Below are positions 12,201 to 22,101 of a stretch of 47,765 nucleotides of DNA, in pieces (position 1 is the stretch's first letter; the number at the start of each line of letters is the position of its first letter). Under the pieces are notes generated by a model. It saw only the letters and a program-made list of their open reading frames with translations. It had not been told where the DNA came from and ran no database searches. Position numbers and translations under genes: made by a program. The DNA is from a bacterium (lineage in GTDB: Bacteria > SAR324 > NAC60-12), in contig CBDDTI010000287.1 of NCBI GenBank assembly GCA_965233585.1, positions 1 through 47,765 on the forward strand. Reading direction: 5' to 3'.

Positions 12201-13616
12201 ACCTCCACCAACTACATCTTCTTGGGCATCATTGATGAGTGCACGCACCTTCACATGGCCTTGCACTTGAATGACCGAAGTCCCGAGGAGGTGCACTACA
12301 AGTTTTCTACGTTTTGGGCCCGACCTTTTGGTTTTCCACTGAAGATCAAAGCTGATCCCGACGGAAGCTTCCGTGGATCATTCGAAGCGGCAATGGATGA
12401 AGCTGGAACCTACATGGACTACATCCCTGCCGAGGCCCACAACAAGATTGGTCTGATTGAAAGGCACAACGCCACCTTGAGAGAGCTGATGGAGAGAACC
12501 ATTGATGCAAGAGCAGTGGTAGGACCTGAAGCCATGGAACAAGCAGCCATAGCAGCCTGTTTCGCAAAGAACTCCTGCACATGGTCTTCAGGGCGACCTC
12601 CTTTTGTGGCGGCCTTCGGAAGAGTGCCACGCATGGGCATGAATCTTCTTTCAGATCAACATGGACTTGTAACTGGTAGAACACGTGAACAAGCTCAACG
12701 CGAAGCTGACTACATGCGTGCAGAAGCACAACAACATTTGTCAGCGATGAGTGTGGATAGCAACCTACGGCGTGCTTTGCTGAGGAAGTCTACCTCCAAC
12801 CAACTTCAAGAACTACCAGTTGGTTCCATTGCAGCATACTGGCGATGGACTGCGAAATCTGGCAAGAAGAGGGGTGGATTCAAACTGGCTCGTGTTTTGG
12901 GCCGTGACCCTGACAACAAGAGCATTTGGCTTCAAGCAGGCACCAACACCGTGAAGGTAGCACCACATCAAGTTCGACCAGCACTTGGATTTGAACAATG
13001 GAATCCCAACTACGACGACATCAAAGCTTTGAGGTCAGCTGTTGAAAACCTCCAACATGGCATTCTTCAAGACGAGCAACTACCAGATCCACCGCAAGGA
13101 CAAGAACTACCTGGTTTTGAAGAAGTGCAACCCGAGGTGCAAGTGCCTCCACCTGTTGGAATAGAAGATGGCATTCCCGAAGCACATCAACATGAGCTCA
13201 TTCCTGTGCCTCGGACACCTTTGCCTGATCCAGTGCAACAACCTCCTCAAATTCAACTTGAAGAGGAAGCTACACAAACGGATCCATACCAGCAGCAGCA
13301 GACGACCATCAACATGAATATGTCGTCACCAACCTACAGACAGACCATCATCCAGAACCAATCCTTTGGTATGAATGAAGCACAGCGCTCTAGACCCACA
13401 GTCAATGTGCCTGTCAGGAAACGACATGCTTCAAGGTCGAAAACACCTGTTCGACAACTACGAGCATTGACACCACATGGCGAAAGAGCCCAACCTGCTT
13501 CAGTACGACAGTTGCCTGATGAACCTTTTCTAGAGCAAGCACATCAACCTTATTCAGTGCAACCGTTGGCGAACCCACCTTTGCATTGGCACCGTCCAAT
13601 CCAGCCGGTGGTATAA
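9192..13616 (+). CDS. pol: Pol part 1: aspartic protease, two unknown domains, C5 DNA methyltransferase, integrase
   Basis: Protease MVLDTAC..IPFLASRTLL. DNMT ETFAGRAG/GIDC/ENP. Integrase HHCC (LHRNLGH..CESC) and DDE core (QIDIV..IIDE..ADPDGSF..GLIERHN). Confidence 0.92.
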   Translation: MDHESIDLGGYMVLDTACQRSCCGEVWLKTHAKILERHCLRVKMIESSDHFQFGSGKPIAAAERAYIPIEMEGQETKGLLFGVSVLSTNIPFLASRTLLERLGCIIDMFTKTITFANLGVTLPLTHKHGHLAVNIAMFSEDLANHPCWKHLSRDQLWHEPDPELMFAPGAFNKGLIRDLPPEALLPTDVPCGSSRMAEAMADTVCPGDDNRAQGLQGYVEHGALWTGNPVLDDLGREHQGDGASTLRDCQQSAETGQSSDMHAPRVQEVRQRQGFVQPMQEMPTGFQVGPKSKRMAPTWKSAVASFFALATALIFQHPGAHQQGNEFFDIEDYNFQVPSEAQGQTTRSFPASDGGDLGSGGLSSRVRWRRGWIPRMGRSHGDPRLCMNDEADWWEVGKNVVTRVHNMPRKSLFNMDDFYNGEPCPVHVKRLSLECAAEMNYEDGRTQMLTYDWSTSGASTMKQHWTGKTIFRVHPLPERHVSTNLVRKSLRHAVRQVAHLLQVEHDVMLAGTTSSSTSTSLKSRPRVDLLETFAGRAGITMKATKLGLKALQPIDYNTGYDLEKASHQQHVDYLIDHFKPLFLVQGIDCRDWCLLQDNTNYVRRKILLLMRREKARKLLRRVVRWCVKQAEAGRFFLLENPATSRLWLEPLVLRLSRLPGVYAVVCHSGAYGGTNSKGQMIKKSFKFLGNCPCVLERLTRKLDSEQLLQCVPLVGKETTLSQHYPDEMIKQIVQGIKQTAAQHDPERFHVFSTSFQVMAVNTTPDDWVPIFESAQKSFDMTRQRRYVLPTSDTTWKMVQQLVQWHQLERVQIAYQPTMLRLPLHIPHTHRGWALLYNDQTVEVVEEDLADVRHPRAKFRKPVNIGIFFFGYATPSSHANQPVSARPDVQPLQEPAEDDPQAIVAHNTEGITFPRMPGPSQDVKTLLSRLHRNLGHPHNNELKKMLAMNGIKDQKVYDAIEALTCESCLRVRGPGKPEPAGIPQDVSLQFGDVLQIDIVYVRDITSTNYIFLGIIDECTHLHMALHLNDRSPEEVHYKFSTFWARPFGFPLKIKADPDGSFRGSFEAAMDEAGTYMDYIPAEAHNKIGLIERHNATLRELMERTIDARAVVGPEAMEQAAIAACFAKNSCTWSSGRPPFVAAFGRVPRMGMNLLSDQHGLVTGRTREQAQREADYMRAEAQQHLSAMSVDSNLRRALLRKSTSNQLQELPVGSIAAYWRWTAKSGKKRGGFKLARVLGRDPDNKSIWLQAGTNTVKVAPHQVRPALGFEQWNPNYDDIKALRSAVENLQHGILQDEQLPDPPQGQELPGFEEVQPEVQVPPPVGIEDGIPEAHQHELIPVPRTPLPDPVQQPPQIQLEEEATQTDPYQQQQTTINMNMSSPTYRQTIIQNQSFGMNEAQRSRPTVNVPVRKRHASRSKTPVRQLRALTPHGERAQPASVRQLPDEPFLEQAHQPYSVQPLANPPLHWHRPIQPVV
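9754..10353 (+). CDS. Nested +1-frame ORF (199 aa) with CxH-GN-CxxC Zn-finger-like motif
   Basis: ATG at 9754, TGA at 10351-10353. Motif TCMHPEYKRYGNDKGSFSRCKRC is paralleled by TCPHP..KGTNQYGTWTKCLQC in the second element. The stop overlaps an in-frame pol ATG (ATGA). Confidence 0.65.
   Translation: MFRAAAPEWLKRWQILYALVMTIELRAYKAMSSMVRFGLATRSWMTLDENIKEMERQRSEIVNKAPKQANPATCMHPEYKRYGNDKGSFSRCKRCQQVFKWDPSQKGWRPHGSPQSQVSSHLPLPSSSNILEPTNRGTSSSTSRTTTSKSRAKPKARPQEVFLPAMEEIWDPEAYPPESDGGEDGYHGWDEAMEIQDYA
10767..11405 (+). other. C5 cytosine DNA methyltransferase domain within Pol
   Basis: Motif I LLETFAGRAG, motif IV QGIDC (Cys 10956-10958), motif VI FLLENP (11106-11114), then IKKSFKFLGN and SQHYP, in C5-MTase order. 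Confidence 0.85.
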
Positions 13617-15901
13617 CGCCTCCACTAGAAACACCACAGACCGAGGTGATCGTGGTGCAAGATGATGATGACACTGCAGGGCAACCTGCATCGTCTCATG
13701 GACAACAAGTTCTACCACAGAGCCAGACCGCTGTGGCAGACGACATTGGAGATCAAGCTCCAACAACACCAGAAGCATTGCGGCTGACACCAGCCAAAAG
13801 AACCTTTGATGAAGCTGCAGCAGATCAAACTTTTGATGTTTCCTTTTTGCGACCATTTCGAGATGAAAGGTCGACCAATTCAATTTCTTCAACAATGCAA
13901 GATCACTACGTCGACTTCGACAATTATGATGTCGACGGCATGACGTTGATGGCTAGAGGATTTGATGGATCACCAGATGTCTACATGCCGTACTCCAACA
14001 AGAGCTTCATGACGGCATACCGCCAACATGGCGACTACAACGGCAATGGCGACAGCGACGAATCTGACGCTGATGTCAAGGATTTCCGTGGAGAGCAAAA
14101 GCCCATTCCACCTACCTTGACCCGCCAAGAGAAGAAAGCCTTAGACAAAGAGATCCCTTGGCAGAACATCATGCGTATGGATGAAGCCACCATCCAGCAG
14201 TACGTTGATGCAGCAAAAGCTGAAGAGCGCTCATGGCTTGACTTCAGCAGTGTGCGCCCCATTTCCAAGAAGGAAGCTGCCAAGATCCTTGGAGACAAGG
14301 AACTACGCAAACGGGTTCTACGTTCCCGTGCAGCCTTCAGAGACAAGTCTAGAGGAGTTGGTCCACTACGACCGAAGTGCCGCATTGTCGCAGTGGGATG
14401 CAGCGATCCAGACCTTTGGACGCTTCAACGTGAAAGCGCCACTCCAACCAGACAGTCTGAGTTCTTGGTTTTTGCAATCTACATAGCAGGCCGAAATGGG
14501 AAGATGATGGGCAATCCCAACGCAGTTTGGTGTTTGTGGGCTGGCGATGTCAAAACGGCCTTCCTTCAGAGGACACCCGAGCAGAGGAGAATGCCAATTT
14601 TTCTTCTTCCACCTGCTGATGGAATTTGCAAAAGAGCCGGCATTTTCAGAGGAGCAGATCTACTGGAAGTTGTGGGTAACATTTATGGACTTGCTTCAGC
14701 ACCACGCACTTGGCAGATGCATGTTGTGAAGGTTTTGAAACAGATTGGATACCAACAATCTTCTCTGGATAAGATGCTTTTCTACTACTACCAGAAGTTT
14801 GAAGGAGAATCAGAACCTGTCCTTTGCGCTGTCATCATAGTGTATGTGGATGACTTCCTGTTGACCCACGACAGCCGCTATGACCGCAACCACCTGCTGA
14901 AGATGTTCAAGTGGGGAAGCCAGAATGAGCTGACCTTAGAGAACAGCCTGGACTTCAAGGGTAAGCGCATTTCCTTGAAGCACGACCGCAACAATAATGA
15001 GTACACCCTCAAGCTCGACCAGGAGAAGTTCATTTCAGACATGAAAGGTGGCACCGTTCCGAAGAAACGGCACAAAGAGACCTTGGATGCCTCCGACCTG
15101 GGAGAGTTTAGAAGTGTGTCAGGATGTTTGCAATGGTTGGCTGGACAGACGAGACCTGACGTTGCTGCAACCGTCAGTCTGTGCAGCAGAGGTGCGAAGT
15201 CAACATACGAAGACTTGCACAACATGTATATGGCTGTTGAGCACCTGCATCAAACAAAAGATCATGGCTTGGTTTTGCGACCCGTGCCCATCGACTATTC
15301 CACGATGATCACCACCTATGCTGATTCCAGTTGGGCCAATGCTGTTGGACATGCAAGTCAACATGGTGCTTTGATTTTGCTTTCCAGCCCTAAGGCTACT
15401 GATGCGATTCAACCTGGACTCCTGGTGGATTGGAAGAGTTCGAGATCTACGCGCGTTTGCCGATCCACTCTTGCTGCTGAGGCCTCTACGGCCGATATGA
15501 GTGTTGATCGTGCCAGCCTGATCAACTACATGCTGAGTGAGCTGCTTCTGAACCGGCCGGCGTTTCACATTCCCTCTTGCGATTTGTTGCGAATGGTTCA
15601 GGCAACCGACTGCCGTTCGCTTTACGATGTCTTAGTTAGTGAGAATCCTCGCACCGAGGACAAGAGGACCATTGTGACCATCCGGTCGGCCCAGCAATTT
15701 CTGTCTAGGGACAATGTGTTTTGGATTCCAACTGCAATACAATTTGCAGACGGTTTGACCAAAGTGAGTCAAAACCTGATGATCTCATTTTACAACTGGC
15801 TTCAAGAGCCTTGGATCCAATTGCACGAGTGCCAGAGGAATGCCAATCAACAGACTTACTGGAGTGTGAATTCTAACCAGCATGTTGAGCGCATGATATG
15901 A
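13586..15901 (+). CDS. pol: Pol part 2: copia-type reverse transcriptase and RNase H
   Basis: RT motifs KCRIVAVG, GDVKTAFLQ, IYGLASAPRTW, VYVDD. RNase H motifs TYADSSW, RSTLAAEA, TDCRSLYD, QFADGLTK. The stop lies inside the 3' LTR. Confidence 0.95.
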   Translation: MAPSNPAGGITPPLETPQTEVIVVQDDDDTAGQPASSHGQQVLPQSQTAVADDIGDQAPTTPEALRLTPAKRTFDEAAADQTFDVSFLRPFRDERSTNSISSTMQDHYVDFDNYDVDGMTLMARGFDGSPDVYMPYSNKSFMTAYRQHGDYNGNGDSDESDADVKDFRGEQKPIPPTLTRQEKKALDKEIPWQNIMRMDEATIQQYVDAAKAEERSWLDFSSVRPISKKEAAKILGDKELRKRVLRSRAAFRDKSRGVGPLRPKCRIVAVGCSDPDLWTLQRESATPTRQSEFLVFAIYIAGRNGKMMGNPNAVWCLWAGDVKTAFLQRTPEQRRMPIFLLPPADGICKRAGIFRGADLLEVVGNIYGLASAPRTWQMHVVKVLKQIGYQQSSLDKMLFYYYQKFEGESEPVLCAVIIVYVDDFLLTHDSRYDRNHLLKMFKWGSQNELTLENSLDFKGKRISLKHDRNNNEYTLKLDQEKFISDMKGGTVPKKRHKETLDASDLGEFRSVSGCLQWLAGQTRPDVAATVSLCSRGAKSTYEDLHNMYMAVEHLHQTKDHGLVLRPVPIDYSTMITTYADSSWANAVGHASQHGALILLSSPKATDAIQPGLLVDWKSSRSTRVCRSTLAAEASTADMSVDRASLINYMLSELLLNRPAFHIPSCDLLRMVQATDCRSLYDVLVSENPRTEDKRTIVTIRSAQQFLSRDNVFWIPTAIQFADGLTKVSQNLMISFYNWLQEPWIQLHECQRNANQQTYWSVNSNQHVERMI

Positions 15902-16075
15902 CATTCCTGTTTTGCACATGACATTCCAACGGCAATTCAACCATCTCCTCGCCGTCCGTGTGCAGTGATCACTCGAGCTGCCCCTTTTAGCAAAAAGCCT
16001 GCGTGCTTCGCCTGTTGCCATTGCATTTGCACATGGAACCTTAAGACTTGGCACAAGCTGCAAGTGTCACAGTCA
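15865..16075 (+). repeat. 3' LTR (211 bp)
   Basis: Direct repeat of 6898-7108, followed by GA and then GTTAC. Confidence 0.96.
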
Positions 16076-17147
16076 GAGTTACAAGTAAAATGCTTCTTTT
16101 GAGCGATTTCCAGGGTTTGTGAAAGATTTCCAGGGTTTGTGCCGCCTTTTTTGAGCGTTTTTGACATCTCGAGGCCGATTAGTTGTGAAAGATGAAAGCG
16201 ATCGTTGAGTGCCCTGAGCCAGTGCATGTTATGGATCCAAAAGGGACAGGCTCATTCAGAGTCTATCGAGTGCCTTGAGCTTACTTCGCAAGATTTTGCA
16301 AGCGCTTTAGTCTTGAGTCATGAGTCCGTTTGACTCACATTGACTCATGAGCGGCTCGATTGTGCTGTCGTCAGCATGCCATTTGGCAAATAATGCTGGT
16401 CGTATAACCTTGTGGTGCCGTGAAGGCACTGATCTGAATCAAACCAGCTGATCCACGACTGAAGGCAGTTCCTGCTGAAAAAACAAGGAAAAAAACATGG
16501 TTGTATGTTTGCTGGGACAGGCTGTGTGAATCATTTGTTTGATTTTTCTGCTCAGAAACGATGTTCAACAAGTTTCAGCTCTCATTTGCCGAAGTTTCAC
16601 TCCCAGCGGGGCAATGTGCGCACGAAATCACACGGCCAACCCCGGGTAACAAAGGCAGAGCGTGCAGGGCAGTATAGACGTTCCACATGTTTCCACCGGG
16701 TTTCCAATAGTTCATCATGACATGGCCTTTTAAAAAGCTCATGCTGGTTGATGTTGGTTGTCTAGCGTTCCACCACATTCCATCATTCATACATTGCGAA
16801 AGCTTGTAAACCAGGAATGCTAGCAGGCTAGCAGGGTTGGCTCTGATAAAGGCTTTGGCCCAGCAATTTTGCAATTTCCTAGAATTGTTCCTCACAACTG
16901 ACACCTCGGCCCTCGGTTACTTTGACATCTTATATATATATATATATTTGTGTGTGTATAAATTATGTATATTTTATCTACAACACGCACACACATATAT
17001 ACAGAGAGAGAGAGGGACTTGCACACCGCCGATGCCATAAGGTTTATGTATAGTAGTGTGAGTGTTGGTGTTGTTTTGCGCGCAGGTGCAGAGCACAGTA
17101 TGATGTGCTTTTCATACCGCAGCTTGTAACACATTTTTTGTCGCATG

Positions 17148-17258
17148 TTTTTGCTGCTTGTGCTTCTTGTTGTTGTTGTGGTTGTTCTTGTTTTTGTTCT
17201 TCTTGTGCTTCTTGTTCTTCTTGTGCTTCTTGTTCTTCTTGTTCTTGTTGTACTTGTA
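17148..17258. repeat. (GTT/CTT)n-(GTACTT)n simple repeat; resumes at 19547-19565
   Basis: GTACTT units flank both sides of the 17259-19546 insertion. Confidence 0.8.
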
Positions 17259-19546
17259 CTATCCCCCTTTAATTTCTCTTAAATCCCGCCACCCGGGGGG
17301 CGGGACCCAATTTTTATAGGGTCCCGTCCCCCGTTTTTTTTTTAAACATGGCTTATAAAATTGGTTTTTTATAACGGGTGCCCCAAAAAACCATCATTTT
17401 ATACACGACCACTTTTTTCTGGGGCTATAAAATGACTAACGTGGGTTATCTCCTCAGGAGAAAAAGTGGGGGCGGGGTCAGTATATTTTATTTTGTTTAC
17501 TACATTTTTGCGTTATAAAATCATGGTTCCTTTTAAGCCTGTCATGTATAGTTATAGTATCGATTTGTATCGATTTGTCATTTAATAAACACCTGGAGAA
17601 CAACGCCTTATAAAATGATGGTTTGGTAAATCTTGTGATGGAGTGGCGAACACTCATTTTATAAGAAACTATTATATAAATTAAATTTGAAAAACAAAAC
17701 TATCAAACTTTGATAATATTTTCATAGGTTGTAGCATTGTGATCTAGCATTCTATAATGTTTGAGTTTGCGGCCATCAAATCTATAGACTGAATCCCAGC
17801 ATGACAAAGCGTGGGGAGGGGGGGAGGGCGAGCAGAAAAAACATGACACTCGCTGCGGCCCTGACAACTTCTTTGTGGTTCAAGATCATTTGAATGCAAG
17901 GTACTCGAAGCCCAAGATGTCAAAAAATGTCAAAACACACAAGATGTGTAAAATATTGTAAAATCAATTCTTTTGAGCTTGGTCCCAATGTGCATCCTCC
18001 TCAGGGAACATAAATTAGGAGATAGATGGTAAGTTAGATGCAAAACTCGCTTCCATGATTGGCCTCCACCAGCTTGAGTGTGGGCTAACTTTGTGGATTT
18101 CTCCGAGGGTTTAATTAATCCAAAGGTGTAAAATGGGTTTGAACCCCAAAAAGTGCTCATATCCATTGAAACTTTTGCCAGATAAAAGTGCTACACTGGA
18201 ATCTCCAGGATATTATTGAGACATATTGAGAAATATTGAAAATGATTGAAAACTATTGAAACATTGAAACATACGAAAACATCGTACACAGTGAAAAATG
18301 AATTTGAAAATATGCTGAAATTACTCAAATTCAACGATCAAAAAAGAAGTACAGACCTGATGTCAAACAATATCAAGCATTGTCTTTCTATACCAAACCT
18401 ACTCATGCAAAAAACATCTAAAACGTCTTGGTGTAAAATGGTATAAAATAGGTTAAAAAGCGAAGACAATTGTATACACATATAATAACAATTAATAACA
18501 TATCTAAATTGTTCAAAAGTGTTCAAAATGCAAAGCACGTCAAAATTATTGAGACATATTGAGATCCCAATTTTTCTGAACAAAATAACAAAACAATACA
18601 AAAATATAAAGTGGTAAGAGATGGTAAGAGAACATAACGCAATGTTTGCCCATGGTTGCCCATTATGTCGTAGTTTATATTCCAATATATTGCGATAGTT
18701 TCCAATATGATAGATAATATAAGAGTATATAGGTGTGCACAACGATGCATATAAATGTATAAAGTATTCATATGTAGTATATTGTAGAATTATGAAATTA
18801 TAAAATGACAATAATGTTATATCTAGCATTCTTACCACAGTATGATTATCATTTTATATCAGGCAGGCCGCCCAGGGTTATATAAAAGACAGTATGACTT
18901 GCATTTGGCATTCATAAGGCCCAAACTGGTGAGGGTAGTAAGTTTTTTGGTTTCTTATATTATGCTTATTGTTTGCAGCTGTGACCTTGAGACACTATTT
19001 GCCATTTTATAATGTTTCTAAAGCTTATTGCATGTGTGCAAGACTCATATTCGCTTTTATTGATTATCCATTATTTAAGGTACACTTACTTTGCAAATCT
19101 TTGCAATATAAACAATTTCTTTTGAAAATTACAGGTTTTACCAGCACAAACTGAGAAAAACATACCCGGAAAAATCAGGTTTGCACAGGTTTTGTTCTTA
19201 TAAGATGCCCTGGAGGTGCCTTATAAAATGACTCCCTTCTCGGGGACACCAAGTTAGTAGAATTTCCACTCCCGCTTTATAAAATGAGTTTCGAATCCTG
19301 TGCAAAAAGTTAGGTCAGGATCCCGGGACGCCGTAAGAGATTTTCATTCTGATTTTGGTAACTGGGAGTCTCATTTTATAAGCCGTTATTCTTTGCTAAA
19401 TCCATTGCCATATATTGCTGTAGGTCCTGCAATTGCCATTTTGTAAACTTTGGTGTGGTGCATTTGTCATTTTATAATGGAAAAATGCGGGGTTCTTATA
19501 TATTGGCGCCACCCGGGTCAGACACTTAATTATAAGGGGGATCTCG
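17259..19546. mobile_element. Non-autonomous TIR DNA element (~2.3 kb, AT-rich) with probable TA TSD
   Basis: Imperfect TIRs ATCCCCCTT-TAATT (17261) and AATTATAAGGGGGAT (19528-19542). TA on both sides. More than 10 TTATAAAATG-like motifs clustered near both ends. No transposase ORF. Confidence 0.72.
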
Positions 19547-19599
19547 TACTTGTACTTGTACTTGCAACATATCTTATTGTCGCATTTTTGTGCCCCTAA

Positions 19600-19980
19600 A
19601 AATCGTCACACATTTCGCATTTTGTGACATTCTCGGAGCAAAAAAATGCAAACACAATTTAAATACGGATGTTTTTTGCGCCTCGGAAGCCCAAAACCAC
19701 GGCATTTACTGTTTTTTAACCTTTAGTAGCAAAAATCACGGTATGTATCATGTTTTTGTGCCCGTGCCTAGAAAAAACACTGGTATTTACGCAGTTTTCA
19801 CCATATTACAAGATGTAGTTTCTATATGCGAGAAAGACAAAAACATTGTATTTTACGATGTTTTTGCTTCCCGGGCGCAGCAAAAAAAAAATGTCAACAG
19901 ACTGCTCAAAAATGACCCAAAATCAACTTCAAAAAGCATCTTATAATTCGTTCATCTTTTTTCCCGGCCCCGGGGGCCCA
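19600..19980 (-). repeat. Dispersed repeat, inverted relative of 3085-3420
   Basis: Shared blocks with 3150-3400 on the opposite strand. Confidence 0.7.
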
Positions 19981-20007
19981 TTTGAGGGTAAAGGATCATA
20001 AAGTCTG

Positions 20008-20270
20008 TAGGCGCATCTTGGGGCGAGGTTGGCCCAGCTTGCGGCTATGTTGGCACCTCTTCGACCCCAGCTTGGAGCCATCTTAGGGGCTATGTTGGCC
20101 CGTCTTCGAGCTATGTTATGTTGGCCCATCTTGGAGCTATGTTGGCCCATCGTGGGGCTATGCGGGCCCAGCTTGTGGTCCATGTTGGGCCATCTGGGGG
20201 ATTCTGGGGGCTATGTTGGGCCAGCTTCCGCGCATTTTGGGGCTTATGTTGGGCCATGTTGACCCATCTT
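20008..20270. repeat. ~21-22 bp minisatellite (GGCCCATCTTGGAGCTATGTT-like)
   Basis: About a dozen degenerate tandem units. Confidence 0.85.
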
Positions 20271-20287
20271 CATCCACAAGATCGAAG

Positions 20288-20726
20288 CAAGATGCAGCCC
20301 ACGAACCCGAATGCAGTCATGTAGAACACTTTTGTGAAACAAGTTAATTGAACAGTCTATATTTTCCCCCTGTTACCGTACCAGTGCACAGTGGACTGTG
20401 GAATGCGGAAGAGGGTGGAGTGCAAAGTGTGGAGTGTGAAGTGTAAAGTGTAGAGTGCGGAGTGTAAAGTGTGGAGTGTAAAGTGCGGAGTGTAAGGTGT
20501 AAGGTGTGGAGTGCGGAGTGTAAAGTGTAGAGCGTGGAGTGTGGAGTGTAAAGTGTAGAGTGTAAAGTGTAGAGTGTAAAGTGTAGAGTGTAGAGTGTGG
20601 AGTGTGGAGTGTAAAGTGTGGAGTATGGAGTGTAAAGTGTGGAGTGAGGAGTGTAAAGTGAAAAGTGTAAAGTGTAAAGTGTGGCAGAGTGTAGAGTGCA
20701 AAGTGTAGAATGCAAAGTGTAGAGTG
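20288..20726. repeat. Left part of a dispersed repeat with a 7-bp (GGAGTGT/AAAGTGT/AGAGTGT)n tract, interrupted by the second copia
   Basis: Heptamer tract at 20413-20726 resumes at 25196 directly after the candidate 3' LTR. Confidence 0.8.
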
Positions 20727-21781
20727 CCCACGGACGGTGCAGGCCACGTGCCCACACCCGGAGGATTTCATGGTGAAGGGCACCAACCAGTATGGAACAT
20801 GGACGAAGTGCCTGCAATGTGAAGCTCAGAAAGCCAAAGGCCGACCTCCAAGGAGGCCAGACAGCAGCCGACGATGTGCACGGCAGCCAGGGCAGAGATC
20901 CAGGGCCATGCAGAGAAGCTGAAGAACAAGTCCAAAGCCGAAGCCGCCTCAAGTCAGTCCTGAGTCGTCATTCTCAGGAAATGGGCCTCGTCTCTGGTGA
21001 ATGCATCCACTCTGGTGATGCAGCAGCAAGCGGCTTTGACCCAGCAACTGGGATACGCTCTGTGAACAGCTCCATCGCAGCCATCGATGAAAATGAGCCA
21101 GTGGCCGATCACTGGTGCCGGCCAAGGACGACGAGATGGACAATCCGAACGAGGGAGCTGGGAGCACTTCACCTAGGCTCCAAAATGATCATGCTGAGAG
21201 AGCTCGTCCCAGAAGGTGGTGAGGGTTGGTTTGTTTGCACCTTTTCTGGCCAAATGGGTCAGAATCCATCTGCGCATGAGAGTTTCACATTTTTTGTGGC
21301 ATCCACCAGAGTCCGAACAGGTTTTTCGTTTGCAGGAATCCCAAGCTTTGTTTTAGTTTTGATTTGGTTTTTCGGACGTGCTGGATGATCGAGAAATTTC
21401 CCCTATATTTCCTTTCAAAGAAGCAGAAGAATTCCACCCAGAGAGAGCTCAAGGGAATTGATCTGTACAGCGCACGATTTAGCATTTTGTCAGGACAAGA
21501 AACCAGAAATAATGCGCAGGAGACGCAAGAACTCCAAGAAAAGGCAGCGGGGACGCGAAGACCCCATCCTAGGAATGGATTAGGATATGGTGATTACAAG
21601 AACAAAAGAAATAGCGCGGAGGAGACGCAAAGACTCCAAGAAAAGGCGGCGCATGGAGACGCAAGGATTCCTGAGTAGGATTAGGAGCTTGTTGCCAGGA
21701 ACCACCAGCTCGTTAGAGCTCAGTGCCCCTAGTTCAGACCGTGCTCCGTCATATCCTGACGCCGCTTTGGGAAGAGGCAAT

Positions 21782-22101
21782 CGCCTGAAAGTCTGCGAGC
21801 TGTTCTCTCCACCAAGGCTCACAGCGCATGTCAGGCGAGAAGGGGTTCACTCCACCACAGAGCCCTCAAATTTTGATCGTCAAGTGGGTTGGGAATTCAA
21901 CGACCCTACTCACCGCAGAGAATTTTTGGAAGGTGTTGGAGGAGCAACAACCAGATGTGGTGTGAATGTCGCCAGACTGCTGATTTTTCAGTCAGCGTCC
22001 TGATGCATTCCAACATCAGCCGCATGGACCCAGAAACAGTCCGCCGCGGCAGAACTGAGGCGTTAGCAATGCTGCACTTTTGTGTGCAGGTGGCAGAGTA
22101 C
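21782..22101 (+). pseudogene. C5 DNA methyltransferase N-terminal remnant
   Basis: VCELFSPPR (variant motif I), GWEF, then frameshifted PDVV*MSPDC*FF (motif IV) and LHFCVQVAEY. Truncated before the ENP motif. Confidence 0.7.

Larger units (their letters stand above)
6898..16077 (+). mobile_element. Full-length Ty1/copia LTR retrotransposon carrying a C5 cytosine methyltransferase domain
   Basis: Direct LTRs at 6898-7108 and 15865-16075. PBS at 7111. GTTAC at 6893-6897 and 16078-16082. Domain order is gag-PR-DNMT-IN-RT-RH, and IN before RT indicates copia. Confidence 0.96.

Noticed and set aside
11352..15568. Antisense and short alternate-frame ORFs across pol
   Set aside because: No motifs and no counterpart in the second element; ordinary shadow ORFs.
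16313..16350. Cluster of TGA(G/C)TCA AP-1-like motifs
   Set aside because: Short motifs with no supporting promoter context.
20413..20726. Heptamer tract as interstitial telomere
   Set aside because: Units are GGAGTGT/AAAGTGT, not TTTAGGG.
20344..20786. TLHSTLY-repeat ORFs (also 25107-25612 and 34681-35283)
   Set aside because: Translations of the 7-bp GGAGTGT-type tract, open in all three minus-strand frames.
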